NCBI GenBank assembly: GCA_964016885.1
Contig: OZ024749.1
Span: 12,462,001-12,526,000 of the forward strand
Direction: 5' to 3'
Length of the DNA stretch: 64,000 bases
Source: Eledone cirrhosa
Lineage: Eukaryota
Shown here: piece after piece, positions 63,232 through 64,000 of the stretch
Layout of the letters: each line of letters begins with the position of its first letter
How positions within the stretch are numbered: the stretch's first letter is position 1
Made by a program: the position numbers and the translations under genes
The notes under the pieces: generated by a model
The model's input: the letters and a program-made list of their open reading frames with translations, nothing else
Databases searched by the model: none
Told to the model about the DNA's origin: nothing

Positions 63232-63313
63232 CACCCGGACATGCTCAAATAAGAGTATGTTTCGCTATAAAAAGTGAAGAATACATATTGTAGATGTAGC
63301 TGATCGGCGGGTG
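63232..63313 (-). ncRNA. Degenerate type-I hammerhead (core mutated, stems intact)
   Basis: Minus strand reads CACCCG-CCGATCA-GCTA-[loop]-TAGC-GAAA-CATACTC-TTATTT-GAGCAT-GTC-CGGGTG. Confidence 0.6.
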
Positions 63314-63404
63314 CCTAGCAATACGATCAACACTTCTAAATAAATATACCAGATAACTAAGAAAACCTGCATGGTAGAGAGGAACGACGTGCGTTTTATA
63401 ACCC

Positions 63405-63525
63405 ATGGTGGAGTGAATAGCTGATTAGAGACCGAATTAACCTTGATGAAATGCAGTTTGGATTTGTGCCAGGAAAAAGTATCACGGATGGCCTCTTACT
63501 CATGAGGCTTTAGCAGAAAAGAATG
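63405..63525 (+). mobile_element. RTE LINE RT fragment
   Basis: IRDRINLDEMQFGFVPGKSITDGLLLMR. Confidence 0.75.
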
Positions 63526-64000
63526 TTTGTTTTGTATGGCAATGTTAGCAGAAAAATGATATTTAGTTAGTTGCTATAGCAGGAAAAGATGTTTTGTAAC
63601 AGTGAATGTAACATTACTGAAGTTAATAATGGTTGTATTCAGTTGTCGCCACAAAAGGCGATGAATCTGTTGTTGTGGTATGATAGAACCTTGGGAAAAG
63701 GATTTTCCCAGTGTGTATGCAAGATTCGTTGGTGGCAGAAATATCATAAGGCTTTATCAATGTTTTTACATGGTTTATTTACAATCGAATTAATTTACAA
63801 TATGTTGTGCTGGCATGCTGTAAAAGTGAATGAACAAAAATAAGTGTTTGATACAAAGAAAGAGGTCCCTTGCTGACAAGGCCAAAGTTTCTTATTTATC
63901 ATTACATTTTTGTTAGTGTTGACACGTAAAGGAAAATGGATATTATCTTCTTGAAGTAAAAGCAGCAAGTAGTGAGGTGAAACAAAAGAAGCGCGGAAGT

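Overview
AT-rich, repeat-dense animal genomic DNA. The SINE, MITE and Penelope repertoire looks like an octopus or other coleoid cephalopod; this is an inference, not a database result. Only one host gene is supportable: four + strand coding exons of TMEM65 (28000-28067, 37889-37986, 40195-40300, 42138-42266). They splice in frame through canonical GT-AG introns to give the three-TM C-terminal part of the protein. I could not find its 5' exons. The rest is intron or intergenic sequence filled with decayed mobile DNA. Retroelements are Tx1/L1, CR1-group, R4/Dong, CRE and RTE non-LTR relics, Penelope-like elements and two abundant tRNA-derived SINE families. DNA elements are a DD37D (maT) transposon, a SPIN/Buster-type hAT relic, three non-autonomous Helitrons and TTAA piggyBac-type MITEs. 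There are also several large minisatellites. Three signals stand out. (1) A 2.9 kb array of 35-bp units carrying 5' splice-site consensus sequences on the sense strand ends about 50 nt before a TMEM65 acceptor. (2) About nine type-I hammerhead ribozyme motifs occur, four with intact cores and two of those sense-oriented in confirmed TMEM65 introns. (3) Several long inverted repeats could form dsRNA. No CRISPR, rRNA or genuine tRNA genes are supported, and nearly all short ORFs in the track are repeat artefacts.
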